DNA from: Hydrurus foetidus
Taxonomy: Eukaryota
Direction of reading: 5' to 3'
Assembly: GCA_900617105.1 (NCBI GenBank)
Contig: UYFQ01000001.1
Span: forward strand, 4,402,001 to 4,466,000
DNA length: 64,000 nt
Every line of letters starts with the position of its first letter. Position 1 is the first letter of the stretch. Positions 28,906 through 38,506 of the stretch are shown one piece after another. The notes beneath the pieces were generated by a model. That model had not been told where the DNA came from, searched no databases, and worked only from the letters and a program-made list of their open reading frames with translations. The translations under genes and the position numbers were made by a program.

Positions 28906-29361
28906 ATGAAAACCATCCTTGTTTTAAACGGCCCCAACCTCAATTTGCTCGGCACACGCGAGCCCGCTGTGTACGGCTCGCAAACGCTGGCAGATGTGGA
29001 GGCGCTGTGCGGGGTTGAAGCCGCCAAGCATGGCTTCAAACTCGACTTTCGCCAAAGCAACCACGAAGGCGTATTGGTTGACGCGATTCAAGAAGCCGGA
29101 CGCGCTCAGGTTGCGGGCGCGCTGGCAGGCGTCGTGTTCAATGCTGGGGCGTACACGCACACCAGCGTGGCGCTGCACGACGCTATCAAAGGTGCAGGCG
29201 TCACCGTGATCGAGCTGCACATCAGCAACGTCCACGCGCGTGAGGCGTTTCGCCACCACTCGTATTTGTCACCTGCGGCAAAGGGCGTGATGGCCGGCTT
29301 TGGCGTGAAGGGCTACGCGCTGGCAATAGCTGGTTTGGCTGCACTTGTCGGCATGGTTTAA
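28906..29361 (+). CDS. aroQ: type II 3-dehydroquinate dehydratase
   Basis: [28 protein letters not shown]. Confidence 0.96.
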   Translation: MKTILVLNGPNLNLLGTREPAVYGSQTLADVEALCGVEAAKHGFKLDFRQSNHEGVLVDAIQEAGRAQVAGALAGVVFNAGAYTHTSVALHDAIKGAGVTVIELHISNVHAREAFRHHSYLSPAAKGVMAGFGVKGYALAIAGLAALVGMV

Positions 29362-29375
29362 AAAGAAGTCGGCAC

Positions 29376-29795
29376 ATGGCCACCGCGCCGAAGTACCCGG
29401 TAGACGAACGCGAAGTCGAGTGCACCGCCATTCGTGCGCAGGGCGCGGGCGGGCAAAACGTCAACAAGGTATCAAGCGCAATTCACTTGCGGTTTGACAT
29501 TGGCGCGTCGTCTTTGCCTGATGATGTGAAAGAACGTTTGTTCGCGCTGAACGACAGCCGCATTACCGAAGCAGGCGTATTGGTCTTAAAGGCTCAGCAG
29601 CACCGCACGCAGGAAATGAACCGCAGCGATGCGCTCGCCCGGCTGCAAGAAGTCATTGACAGTGTGGCCACACCGCCCAAAGCTCGACGCCCCACCAAGC
29701 CCAGTTACGGCGCGAAGCAGCGGCGCCTGGAGGGAAAAAGTTTGCGATCAGACGTTAAGTCCAGTCGAAGCAAGGGTTTGCGCAGTGATGAATGA
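29376..29795 (+). CDS. arfB: alternative ribosome rescue peptidyl-tRNA hydrolase
   Basis: GAGGQNVNK and a basic C-terminal tail. Confidence 0.93.
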   Translation: MATAPKYPVDEREVECTAIRAQGAGGQNVNKVSSAIHLRFDIGASSLPDDVKERLFALNDSRITEAGVLVLKAQQHRTQEMNRSDALARLQEVIDSVATPPKARRPTKPSYGAKQRRLEGKSLRSDVKSSRSKGLRSDE

Positions 29796-29820
29796 ATTCA
29801 GCAATAGAGTGTGTTTATTT

Positions 29821-29894
29821 GCCGTTTCAGGCATAAAAAAGGGCGCTAGCCGAATTAATACGGGCGCGAGCGGCTATAAAATAGATAGCGTTTT
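29821..29894 (+). repeat. REP-like element copy 6
   Basis: TAGCCGAATTAATACGGGCGCGAGCGGCTATAAAATAGATAGC. Confidence 0.85.
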
Positions 29895-29917
29895 AGTCAC
29901 TCGCTAAAGTCCACGCC

Positions 29918-30838
29918 ATGCGCCTGCGCCACATCGAAGTCTTCAACGCCGTCATGCTGACCGGCAGTGTCAGTGGCGCGGCGCGGCTGATTAGCGTCAC
30001 GCAACCGGCAGTCAGCCGCATCTTGCAGCATGCTGAATTGCAATTAGGGTTCCCGCTTTTTCAGCGCGCCAAAGGGCGGCTGCTGCCTACTTCTGAAGCG
30101 CTCACGCTGTACCCGCACATCGAGCAGTTGTTCGCCCAGCTAGACGACGTACAGCGCCTGGCCGCCAATTTGAAGGCAGGCGACACCGCCAAGGAACTCA
30201 CGGTGTTGACGGTGCTGGCGCTCAGCTATGAGGTGTTGCCGCATGCGATTAAGTTGTTTCGTGTCAAGCACCCCGACGTTGCCATCACCATCAAGGCGCT
30301 GCATTCGCCGCAAATTGTGGCGGCGCTGGTGCTGCAAGAAGCCGATGTGGGTTTTTTGTTCAGCCCTGCCGTTCATTCAGCGCTGGCGCAAGAACACCTG
30401 GCCGACGGCCGCATGGTGTGCATTGCGCCCACCGGCATGCTGGCGGCGCGGTTTGTAAAGCGCGGCCGCATCACGCTGGCTGAGCTGGGCAAGTTGGGCA
30501 AGCCCGTGATTGGCCTGGACGCGCAAGACCCGATGGGCCGGGTACTGAGCCAGGCCATTCGGGAAGCGGGCGTGGGCCTGCAATTCAACATCACCGTGCA
30601 AACCTACCATTCTGCTTTGGCGCTGGCGCACCACGGTTTGGGCATCGCGTTGGTCGACACCTGCACCGCGGCATCCGTCGACTTGAGCCGGGTAGATGTG
30701 CTGGAACTTGAGCCGCTGATACCCGTACCTATCAAAGCGCTGTTGCCCGCAGGCAAGCCGGGCTCAGTCGCAGTGCGTGCGTTTGTGAAGTGTTTTGAGC
30801 AAGCTCTGCGGGTCAAGGCGCAGATAAAAACGCTATAA
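29918..30838 (+). CDS. LysR family regulator
   Basis: LRHIEVF..GSVSGAAR..TQPAVSR. Confidence 0.95.
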   Translation: MRLRHIEVFNAVMLTGSVSGAARLISVTQPAVSRILQHAELQLGFPLFQRAKGRLLPTSEALTLYPHIEQLFAQLDDVQRLAANLKAGDTAKELTVLTVLALSYEVLPHAIKLFRVKHPDVAITIKALHSPQIVAALVLQEADVGFLFSPAVHSALAQEHLADGRMVCIAPTGMLAARFVKRGRITLAELGKLGKPVIGLDAQDPMGRVLSQAIREAGVGLQFNITVQTYHSALALAHHGLGIALVDTCTAASVDLSRVDVLELEPLIPVPIKALLPAGKPGSVAVRAFVKCFEQALRVKAQIKTL

Positions 30839-30901
30839 ATTACATAGCTGCTCGCGCCCGTGTTTATTAGGCTAAAGGCATAAAATATGCCGAAAAACGG
30901 C
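30827..30901 (-). repeat. REP-like element copy 7 (inverted, contains the LysR stop codon)
   Basis: Reverse complement TAGCCTAATAAACACGGGCGCGAGCAGCTATGTAATTTATAGC. Confidence 0.85.
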
Positions 30902-30905
30902 TGTT

Positions 30906-32126
30906 TTAGGCGTTTTCAATCATTTCCGCCACTCGCGCAGCCGAGCCAAAAGCCAGCGTAAAACCCAACGCCCCATGGCCAACGTTAAACATCAAGTTGC
31001 TTGGGCCTTGGGGGTGCTTGCCAATCAGCGGCAGGGCGGTGGGCGTGGCGGGTCGCAGGCCGGCCCAGGCGTGCAGCTCAGTGAATTGGCTGCAATGCGG
31101 AAACAGTGCTTTAGTCGACGCCTTGAGCGATTCGATTTGCTTGGGCACTACCCTTGTCTCATACCCAGCTAGCTCGGCCATGCCCGCTACCCGCAAGCGC
31201 GAGCCGATGCGGGCAAACACCACTTTGCGGGCGCTGTCGGTCACGCTGACAAAAGGGGCATTAGGCGCATACGGTGAGCCGTCTACATCGACGGTAATGC
31301 TGTAACCCTTGAGCGGATAAATCGGCAAGTACACACCCAACTGGCGCGCCATGGGGGCAGACGCCGCGCCCAATGCCATCACGTACTGGTCGGCTTCAAT
31401 CGCGCCATGCGGTGTTTTGATGGCAACAACCGCACCGTCTTGGGTCTGTATTTGCTCAACCGGCGTATTGAGTAAAAACCGCACGCCACGCAAACTTAAC
31501 AAAGCAACCAAGCCGTCGCAAGTCTTCTGGCAATCGGCGGCGCATTCGCTGGGTGTGTAAATCGCCCCGCTGATGTTGGGGCGGTAGCTGGCAAGCGTGG
31601 GCTCGATTTCAATGCAGCGATCGGCACTGACGGCCTCTTGCGCGCTGCCCAGTTCGCGCTGCATAAGTATTTGCTTTTGGGCGGCGGCAAAACTCTGCAA
31701 ATTTGAAAACAGCACCAGCTTGCCCGTATTTGAAAAATCAACCGCCAGTTGTTCTTTGGCCAGCATCGCGTCAAAGCCCTGGCGGCTTTTATGCGCTAAC
31801 TCAAGCAGGGCAATGGTGGTGGCGCGCGAAGTGCGCGCATTGCAGGCGGCTAAAAACTGCATGCCCCAGCGCCACTGGTGCACGTCAAGCTGCGGCCTGA
31901 TTTTGAGCGGCGAGTTGGGCGACAAAAGCAGCTTGGGCAACTGCGCCCAAATGCCAGGGTCAGCCAGCGGCTGCACATAGCTGTAGCTCAGCTGCGCGCC
32001 ATTGCCGCCGCTGGCACCGCTGCCGGGCTGGGCGCGGTCAACCACCGTGACTTCATGGCCTGCGCGATTTAATTCATAGGCGGTTGCCAGGCCGACGATA
32101 CCTGCGCCTAAAACACACACCTTCAT
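30906..32126 (-). CDS. D-amino acid dehydrogenase (DadA family)
   Basis: VLGAGIVG, ASGGNGAQLS, PLKGYS, WAGLRP, GHGALGFT. Confidence 0.92.
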   Translation of the reverse strand: MKVCVLGAGIVGLATAYELNRAGHEVTVVDRAQPGSGASGGNGAQLSYSYVQPLADPGIWAQLPKLLLSPNSPLKIRPQLDVHQWRWGMQFLAACNARTSRATTIALLELAHKSRQGFDAMLAKEQLAVDFSNTGKLVLFSNLQSFAAAQKQILMQRELGSAQEAVSADRCIEIEPTLASYRPNISGAIYTPSECAADCQKTCDGLVALLSLRGVRFLLNTPVEQIQTQDGAVVAIKTPHGAIEADQYVMALGAASAPMARQLGVYLPIYPLKGYSITVDVDGSPYAPNAPFVSVTDSARKVVFARIGSRLRVAGMAELAGYETRVVPKQIESLKASTKALFPHCSQFTELHAWAGLRPATPTALPLIGKHPQGPSNLMFNVGHGALGFTLAFGSAARVAEMIENA

Positions 32127-32241
32127 GGCTTTGCCCGTATGTAAATACACAGACTTTAAGAACGACCGGCGGGCTTGAACAATGCCGATTCAGCGCAAGC
32201 CATGCCAAGGGGTTATGCCCCAAGCACGGGTGCGGGAATGT

Positions 32242-32258
32242 CATGACTTTTTGTCATG
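32242..32258. promoter_or_regulatory. probable LysR recognition site
   Basis: CATGAC-N5-GTCATG contains T-N11-A and lies between divergent genes. Confidence 0.6.
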
Positions 32259-32355
32259 GGTTTGCCATGAAAATAAATAGCCCGACTTGCACAAACTTCA
32301 TACACTGGAGTTGCGAGTCATTGCAGACTTCTTCACTACATTTCAAAGGATTCCC

Positions 32356-33249
32356 ATGAAACTTTCGACCTTGATGACTGCCGCTTTGCTTAGCGCAGGC
32401 TTGGCTGCCACCTCGCTAAGTGCCAATGCGCAAACGCTGAAAAAAATTGCCGATGGCAACAAAATTACTGTGTCTTACCGCGAGGCATCGGTGCCTTTCA
32501 GCTACCTGATTGGCTCAACCAAAGCGGTGGGTTTTTCAGTTGAGCTGACCGAAGCCATCATTGACGACGTGCGCAAGAAAATCAAAAAGCCTGGCCTGCA
32601 AATTGCCTACATGCCCGTCACGTCGCAAAACCGTATTCCGCTGCTGGTTAACGGCACGTACGACCTGGAGTGCGGCTCTACCACCAACAACTCCACCCGT
32701 GCAAAAGACGTCACATTCAGCACCAACATGTTCTACACCGGCACCCGTTTGTTGACCAAGAAAACATCGGGCATTAAAAACTACGCTGACTTGGCCAAAA
32801 AGACGGTGGCCAGCACCACCGGCACCACCAACGCGCAGGTTATTCGCAAGTACAACGCCGACAAAAACCTGGACATGCAACTGGTTTTGGGCAAAGACCA
32901 TGATGACTCATTGCTGTTGGTAGAAAGCGACCGCGCGGTGGCGTTTGCTATGGACGATATTTTGCTTTTTGGTCTTCGCGCCAACTCGAAAAATCCGGCG
33001 TCGCTTGAGGTCGTTGGCGATTCGCTGCAGGTCGAGCCCTACGCCTGCATGGTGCGCAAGGACGACCCAGAGTTCAAAGCGCTGGTTGATGGAACCATCA
33101 ACCGCATGATGAAGTCTGGCGAGTTTTCAAAGCTTTACACCAAGTGGTTTGAGTCTCCCATCGTGCCAAAAGGCGTGAACCTGGCGCTGCCGATGTCGCC
33201 CGAGTTGAAAGCGATTTTGAAAGCGCCAACCGACAAACCAGCGTTGTAA
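32356..33249 (+). CDS. glutamate/aspartate-type periplasmic binding protein (GltI-like)
   Basis: REASVPFSY, RIPLLVNGTYDLECGSTTN, AFAMDDILL. Confidence 0.92.
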   Translation: MKLSTLMTAALLSAGLAATSLSANAQTLKKIADGNKITVSYREASVPFSYLIGSTKAVGFSVELTEAIIDDVRKKIKKPGLQIAYMPVTSQNRIPLLVNGTYDLECGSTTNNSTRAKDVTFSTNMFYTGTRLLTKKTSGIKNYADLAKKTVASTTGTTNAQVIRKYNADKNLDMQLVLGKDHDDSLLLVESDRAVAFAMDDILLFGLRANSKNPASLEVVGDSLQVEPYACMVRKDDPEFKALVDGTINRMMKSGEFSKLYTKWFESPIVPKGVNLALPMSPELKAILKAPTDKPAL

Positions 33250-33291
33250 ATCCAGCGCTGTAAATCGTAGCTTCTTTGCAGCGCCAGCTCC

Positions 33292-34035
33292 ATGAACGCC
33301 ACCCGCACCGTCGGAATTTTGGGCGGCATGGGGCCTGCGGCTGGCGCTGACTTTGCACGCCTGTTTGTGTCTGCTTGTGCTGCGCACATGCGGCGCATCG
33401 GCATGGAGGTAAGCGACCAGCGCTTTCCTGAGCATTGGTTGGCGCAGGTGCCCGTGCCTGACCGCAGTACAGCGCTGGGTGCACCCGAGTTGGGTGCGCA
33501 CCAGCCGCTAGAGCCCATGCTGCAAGCCATGGGCAAACTTGCCGCACTGGGCGCCACCACCGTTGCCGTGGCCTGCAATACCGCCCATGCCTGGCACAGT
33601 GATTTGCAAAGCCGCTTTCCGCATGTAGAGGTGCTGCATGTGGCCCGCGAAGTGGCTCGCACGCTGGCTGCACGCGGTGTGCGTGCCGTGGGGCTGCTCG
33701 CTACCGCGGGCACCTACCAGGCTGGCTTGTACGACAAAGCGTTTGCAGGCGAGGGTATTGAATGTCATGTGCCGTTGTTGCATGAACGAGAGCAGCTGAT
33801 GCACGGCATTTACAGCGGCGTGAAGGTGGGCAACATGGCGCTGGCGCGCAGCGCGTTCGCTAGCGTGGCTCAAGCTTTGGCTGAGCGGCACGGCTTGCAA
33901 ACACTGGTGTTGGGCTGCACGGAAATTCCGCTGGCCCTGCACAGCGTAACCAGCATGCCTGGGCTGAATTTAGTTGACCCGGCAGAGCTGCTGGCGCAAG
34001 CGCTGGCTGAGCGGGCTTATCGCGTGGTGGCGTGA
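33292..34035 (+). CDS. aspartate/glutamate racemase family protein
   Basis: GILGGMGP, ACNTAH, LGCTEIP (both catalytic Cys present). Confidence 0.93.
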   Translation: MNATRTVGILGGMGPAAGADFARLFVSACAAHMRRIGMEVSDQRFPEHWLAQVPVPDRSTALGAPELGAHQPLEPMLQAMGKLAALGATTVAVACNTAHAWHSDLQSRFPHVEVLHVAREVARTLAARGVRAVGLLATAGTYQAGLYDKAFAGEGIECHVPLLHEREQLMHGIYSGVKVGNMALARSAFASVAQALAERHGLQTLVLGCTEIPLALHSVTSMPGLNLVDPAELLAQALAERAYRVVA

Positions 34036-34071
34036 AAAAAGGCGTCTGCGGGCTCTATTTAAGTGCTTTTT

Positions 34072-34121
34072 GGGGCTGCAGCCCAATAAATACGGGCGCA
34101 AGCAGCTCCTACATATATAGC
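34072..34121 (+). repeat. REP-like element copy 8
   Basis: CAGCCCAATAAATACGGGCGCAAGCAGCTCCTACATATATAGC. Confidence 0.88.
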
Positions 34122-34155
34122 AAAAATACAGCGCAATCAAACTGTAGTTGGCTTG

Positions 34156-34563
34156 CTAATCTGCCGACGCGCTCCAGCGGCTGCCCCAGCTTTTATTGTT
34201 GACTTTGTCGATGTCGCGGCGGTCGCGCTTGGTGGGGCGGCCGTGCTCCAGGCTGGTGGCGGGCTCTAGTCGGCGCTGCTCGCTTGATTGCTCGCGCAGC
34301 TTCACGCTGGCTTCAGTTTCTTCGTAAAGCAATTGCGCAACCGGCGCTGCGCCGCGTTTATCGCTGCTGCCGCGCACTACCAGCGTGCGGGTATTGGGCC
34401 CTTGGCGCAGCGTGATGGTGTCGCCCAGCTTGACTTCTTTGGCTGGTTTGACTTCAGCGTCATTGATGCGGACGCGGCCTTTGTCAATCTCTTCAGTAGC
34501 CAGGCTGCGGGTTTTGTAAAAGCGGGCAGCCCACAGCCATTTGTCGATTCGTACTTTTTCCAT
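34156..34563 (-). CDS. hslR: ribosome-associated heat shock protein Hsp15 (S4 domain)
   Basis: RIDKWLWAARFYKTRSLA, RPTKRDRR. Confidence 0.92.
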   Translation of the reverse strand: MEKVRIDKWLWAARFYKTRSLATEEIDKGRVRINDAEVKPAKEVKLGDTITLRQGPNTRTLVVRGSSDKRGAAPVAQLLYEETEASVKLREQSSEQRRLEPATSLEHGRPTKRDRRDIDKVNNKSWGSRWSASAD

Positions 34564-34599
34564 TGCTGTGTATTTTGACGCGCTGCGCGAATTTTGTCT

Positions 34600-36009
34600 T
34601 TACCCGGCCAGCGGCAGCCGCACGACGGCGTCAAGTCCTACAGCCACGCCGTGTTGCTTGCGATTGGTCAACACCAGCCTGCCACCGAGTGCCTGCGTTA
34701 TTTCGTGGCAAATTGCCAAGCCCAAGCCAGAACCCTGCTGCAAGTTGGCCGCGGAAAATGGCTGAAATAACCGCTCGGCGAGTTCGGCAGATACACCTGG
34801 CCCGCTGTCTGTCAGCGTCATTTCCGCCCAGCCTTCGCTCGGCTCAACGCTTACCTGCAGCGTGCCAGACGCCGGCGTGTGCTTGATCGCGTTGTGCAGC
34901 AAATTGCGCGACAACTCAGCCAGCATCCACTCGTGCGCCACCACCGGCGCGGGCACAGTGTGGATTGAAAAATCAATATTTTTTTCAGCAATGAGTGGCG
35001 ACAAATCCAGCGCCACGCCGCGCACAATGTCGGCCAGGTCAATGGCCTTGGCGTCTGGCTGCAAGCGCAGTTGCGCTACTTTGGCAAGCGACAACATTTG
35101 GTTGGCGACCCGCGTGGCGCGGTCTACTGTGTGGTTGATGTCGCTAAGCGACTGCTGCGGCTGGCTGTCCCCGCGCATGGCCGACTGCACCTGCACTTTG
35201 AGTACGGCCAGCGGCGTGCGCAGCTGGTGCGCGGCGTTGCGTACAAAGTGTTTTTGGTGGTCAAGCAGGCCCTGCAGCCGTGCCATCATGGCGTTGGTGG
35301 CGTCAATCAGCGGCAGCAATTCGCCGGGTGCGTCAGGCGCATCAATGGGCCGTAAATCGCCCTCGCGGCGCGACTGCAGTTGCTGGCTCAGGCTGCGCAC
35401 CGGCCGGGTAGCGCGGTGCACCACTACCACCACAACCAGCGCAATTACAGCCAGCAGCAGCGCTTGTCGCCACAACGTGTCAAACAACACGCTGCGCGCC
35501 AGCGACTGCCGCAGCTCCAGCGTTTCAGCCACTTGAATAACCGCCATCGCGCGGCCCGATGAGCTGGCCACCGGCTGCAGCAGTACTGCTACCCGCACGG
35601 CTTGGCCAGCAAACGTGTCGTCATAAAAATCAACCAGCGCGGCGTACGGCGGTTTTAAGGGAATGGCCCCGCGCCAAAACGGCAGCTGGTCAAAACCCGA
35701 CACCAATTCGCCTTTTTGATCGGACACGCGGTAGAAAAGTCGGCTTTGGTTGTCTGCCTCAAAAGCTTCAAGCGCGGCGTAGGGCACCACTGCGCGTATA
35801 ACGGCTTCGGCGTCGTAGCCCGTCACGTCTAACTGCTCTCCAATCGATTTGCTGGACGCCAGCAGGGTGCGGTCGTACGCGGTGTTAACAGCGTCTAGTG
35901 CCTCGCTGTACAAGCTGACTGTGTTCAACGCCACCAACAGGCTGACGGGTAGCAAAATACCGAGCAGCAAGGCCGAGCGAAGGGAACGCCGCTGCGGCTG
36001 CACGGTCAT
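34600..36009 (-). CDS. tctE: TctE-like sensor histidine kinase
   Basis: AYDRTL, AHQLRTPL, DSGPG, GSGLGL. Adjacent to the tct genes. Confidence 0.85.
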   Translation of the reverse strand: MTVQPQRRSLRSALLLGILLPVSLLVALNTVSLYSEALDAVNTAYDRTLLASSKSIGEQLDVTGYDAEAVIRAVVPYAALEAFEADNQSRLFYRVSDQKGELVSGFDQLPFWRGAIPLKPPYAALVDFYDDTFAGQAVRVAVLLQPVASSSGRAMAVIQVAETLELRQSLARSVLFDTLWRQALLLAVIALVVVVVVHRATRPVRSLSQQLQSRREGDLRPIDAPDAPGELLPLIDATNAMMARLQGLLDHQKHFVRNAAHQLRTPLAVLKVQVQSAMRGDSQPQQSLSDINHTVDRATRVANQMLSLAKVAQLRLQPDAKAIDLADIVRGVALDLSPLIAEKNIDFSIHTVPAPVVAHEWMLAELSRNLLHNAIKHTPASGTLQVSVEPSEGWAEMTLTDSGPGVSAELAERLFQPFSAANLQQGSGLGLAICHEITQALGGRLVLTNRKQHGVAVGLDAVVRLPLAG

Positions 36010-36689
36010 GCGTTGGCCTTGATCAAATAGCCCAGCCCGCGCAGCGTCATCAACGTGACGCCGCAGTCTTGCAGTTTTTTGCGCAGGCGGTAGACCACAA
36101 CTTCAATCGCCTCAAACTGCACATCGGCTTGGCCAGGGAACACCAGCGCAAACAATTTTTCTTTGGCTACCGCGTGGCCAGGCCGCAGCATCAGCGCTTG
36201 CAGCAGGGCGTGCTCGCGCGGAGTGAGCTCAAGCGGTTGCCGGTCTTTGTAAATGGCGCTGCTGCTTTTTTCGTAGCGCAGTGCGCCGATGGTTGTGTCG
36301 CCGAACTGGGCGCTGTCGTCAACGTCAGTTTGGCGCCTGCGCACCAGCGCACGCAAGCGTGCTTCCAGCTCGTCCAGGTCGAAAGGTTTGGGCAAATAGT
36401 CATCTGCGCCAAGGTTCAAGCCCATGATGCGGTCGCCCACCGTACCGCGCGCGGTGGCAATCAACACCGGGGTGGTCAAGCCGCTTTGCCTGGCTTGGGC
36501 CAGCACCTGCAAGCCGTCAAGCCCGGGCAGAGTCAGGTCGAGCAAGACCACGTCAAAGCTCATGGCGCGCCACGTGGCCAGTGCCTCGAGGCCATCACCA
36601 CAAGCTTCAATTTGAAAATGGCGGCGGCTCAGCGTTCGCTCAAGCGTGGCGCGCATGGCGGCATCGTCTTCAACCAGCAAAAGCTTCAT
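36006..36689 (-). CDS. tctD: TctD-like OmpR-family response regulator
   Basis: LLVEDD, GADDYLPKPF, TLRGLGY. Confidence 0.87.
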   Translation of the reverse strand: MKLLLVEDDAAMRATLERTLSRRHFQIEACGDGLEALATWRAMSFDVVLLDLTLPGLDGLQVLAQARQSGLTTPVLIATARGTVGDRIMGLNLGADDYLPKPFDLDELEARLRALVRRRQTDVDDSAQFGDTTIGALRYEKSSSAIYKDRQPLELTPREHALLQALMLRPGHAVAKEKLFALVFPGQADVQFEAIEVVVYRLRKKLQDCGVTLMTLRGLGYLIKANA

Positions 36690-36789
36690 GACTTGAAAAG
36701 TGAGAAAAAAGGGCGCATCAGCAAAATCAAAAGCCTGTGCAAAAGAAGTGAACCAAGGCGGTTAGCCTAGCACTTTCCCTAGTCACTTA

Positions 36790-36805
36790 GACAGCCAAAT
36801 GACAG
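36790..36805 (+). promoter_or_regulatory. probable TctD direct-repeat binding site
   Basis: GACAG-N6-GACAG (11-bp period) upstream of tctC. Confidence 0.55.
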
Positions 36806-36870
36806 GCAATGGGTGCATCATTGCGCGGTAACAATTTCGTTTGTTTTGTAATTTGTTCAAGGAGCTCACC

Positions 36871-37830
36871 ATGCGTCGCCAAACTTTTTTAAAAACCATA
36901 GCTGCTTTGGCAGCTGGCGGCGCGTTGCCGCTGTCTTCTTTTGCCGCAGCTAATCTGAAGATGATGATTCCGGCGAACCCCGGTGGCGGTTGGGACACCA
37001 CCGGCCGCGCGCTGGGCAAAGCCCTGCAAGACTCCGGCGTGGCCGACACCGTGACGTTTGAAAACAAGGGCGGCGCGGCAGGCGCCTTGGGTTTAGCGCA
37101 GTTTGTGAACAGCGCCAAGGGCGACGGCAATTCGCTAATGGTGATGGGCGCGGTCATGCTAGGCGGCATCATTACCGGCAAGCCGCCGGTTAACTTGAGC
37201 CAGGCCACGCCGATTGCCCGCTTAACCAGTGAATACAACGTGTTCGTGCTGCCCGCCAACTCGCCCTACAAGTCAATGGCCGAAGTAATTGCCCAGCTTA
37301 AAAAAGACCCCGGCAGTGTCAAATGGGGCGGCGGTTCGCGCGGCTCAACCGAGCACATTGCCGCTGCCATGATTGCCCGTGAAGTCGGTGTGGACCCTTC
37401 AAAAATCAACTACGTGGCTTTTCGGGGCGGCGGCGAGGCAACGGCGGCCATTTTGGGCGGCAACGTCACGCTGGGCGGCAGCGGCTACAGCGAGTTTGCC
37501 GAGTACATTACCAGCGGAAAAATGAAGCCAATCGCGGTGACCTCAGACACGCGGCTCAAAGGCGTGGCCATACCAACGCTTAAAGAGCAGGGCATTAATG
37601 TGGTGCTGGGCAACTGGCGCGGTGTCTACGGCGGGCCGGGCATTACTGCCGAGCAGCGCAAAGCATTGACCGACATGGTGGTGAAGGCGTCCAAGTCCAA
37701 ATCGTGGCTGGAAGCGTCTGAGAAAAACAACTGGACCGCAGCCGTATTGACTGGCCTGGCGTTCGACAAGTTTGTAGACGATGACTTTGCCAGCCTGCGG
37801 GCCACCATGGTCAAGTCGGGCATGGTTTAG
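36871..37830 (+). CDS. tctC: tripartite tricarboxylate transporter binding protein
   Basis: PANPGGGWDTTGR, NKGGAAG, NWRG. Confidence 0.93.
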   Translation: MRRQTFLKTIAALAAGGALPLSSFAAANLKMMIPANPGGGWDTTGRALGKALQDSGVADTVTFENKGGAAGALGLAQFVNSAKGDGNSLMVMGAVMLGGIITGKPPVNLSQATPIARLTSEYNVFVLPANSPYKSMAEVIAQLKKDPGSVKWGGGSRGSTEHIAAAMIAREVGVDPSKINYVAFRGGGEATAAILGGNVTLGGSGYSEFAEYITSGKMKPIAVTSDTRLKGVAIPTLKEQGINVVLGNWRGVYGGPGITAEQRKALTDMVVKASKSKSWLEASEKNNWTAAVLTGLAFDKFVDDDFASLRATMVKSGMV

Positions 37831-37970
37831 GCGCATCTGTAAATTCTTTTTTCGGGCGAATTGCTGCGTTGCTTGGTGCTCGCAATCCTCATGTACTGAA
37901 GTACATTGCGGTTGCTGTGCGCCAAGCGCCTTGCACTTCATCCCGAAAAAATGAATTTTCAGACGCGCCT
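37829..37970. repeat. 142-bp imperfect palindrome (MITE-like)
   Basis: Ends AGGCGCATCTGTAAATTCTTTTTTCGGG and CCCGAAAAAATGAATTTTCAGACGCGCCT, central ATGTACT-GA-AGTACAT. Confidence 0.8.
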
Positions 37971-37999
37971 TTGTTCACGCAATTAAAGCGAGCAGGAAG

Positions 38000-38506
38000 A
38001 TGACACGAATAAACGCAACAACGCTGCAAACATTTGTTGGCAGTGGATTGTTGCTGATCGGCGTGGGCTTAGCGCTCGGCGCCGTCAGCATTCCATCAGC
38101 TGCTGGTTACGGGGGCGTGGGCCCTAATTTCTTGCCTTGGGTGGTGTCGCTGGCCTTGGTGGCTTGCGGCGCAGTCATGGTGTGGGAGGCGCGCAGCGGC
38201 GGTTTCCGCGCCATGGACGAGCCCGATGGAACAAAACCCTACTGGCCGGGGTTCGCCTGGGTGTCTGCAGGCTTGCTGATCAATGCGGCACTGATCACAA
38301 CCGTTGGCTTTATTTTGGGTTGTGCGCTTTGCTTTGTGTTGTCAGTGCAAGGCCTGCGAGGCGCCACTGGCAAAGGGGAGTTGAGCCTGGCGCGGTTTTT
38401 AAAAGATGCACTGATTGGTTTGGCCATTGCGGCGCCTGTGTTTTGGGTGTTTACCAAGTTTTTGGCGATCAATTTGCCCGGCCTTACGAAAACTGGGTGG
38501 CTGTAA
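38000..38506 (+). CDS. tctB: tripartite tricarboxylate transporter small membrane subunit
   Basis: GVGPNFLP, four TM segments, INLPG. Confidence 0.9.
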   Translation: MTRINATTLQTFVGSGLLLIGVGLALGAVSIPSAAGYGGVGPNFLPWVVSLALVACGAVMVWEARSGGFRAMDEPDGTKPYWPGFAWVSAGLLINAALITTVGFILGCALCFVLSVQGLRGATGKGELSLARFLKDALIGLAIAAPVFWVFTKFLAINLPGLTKTGWL

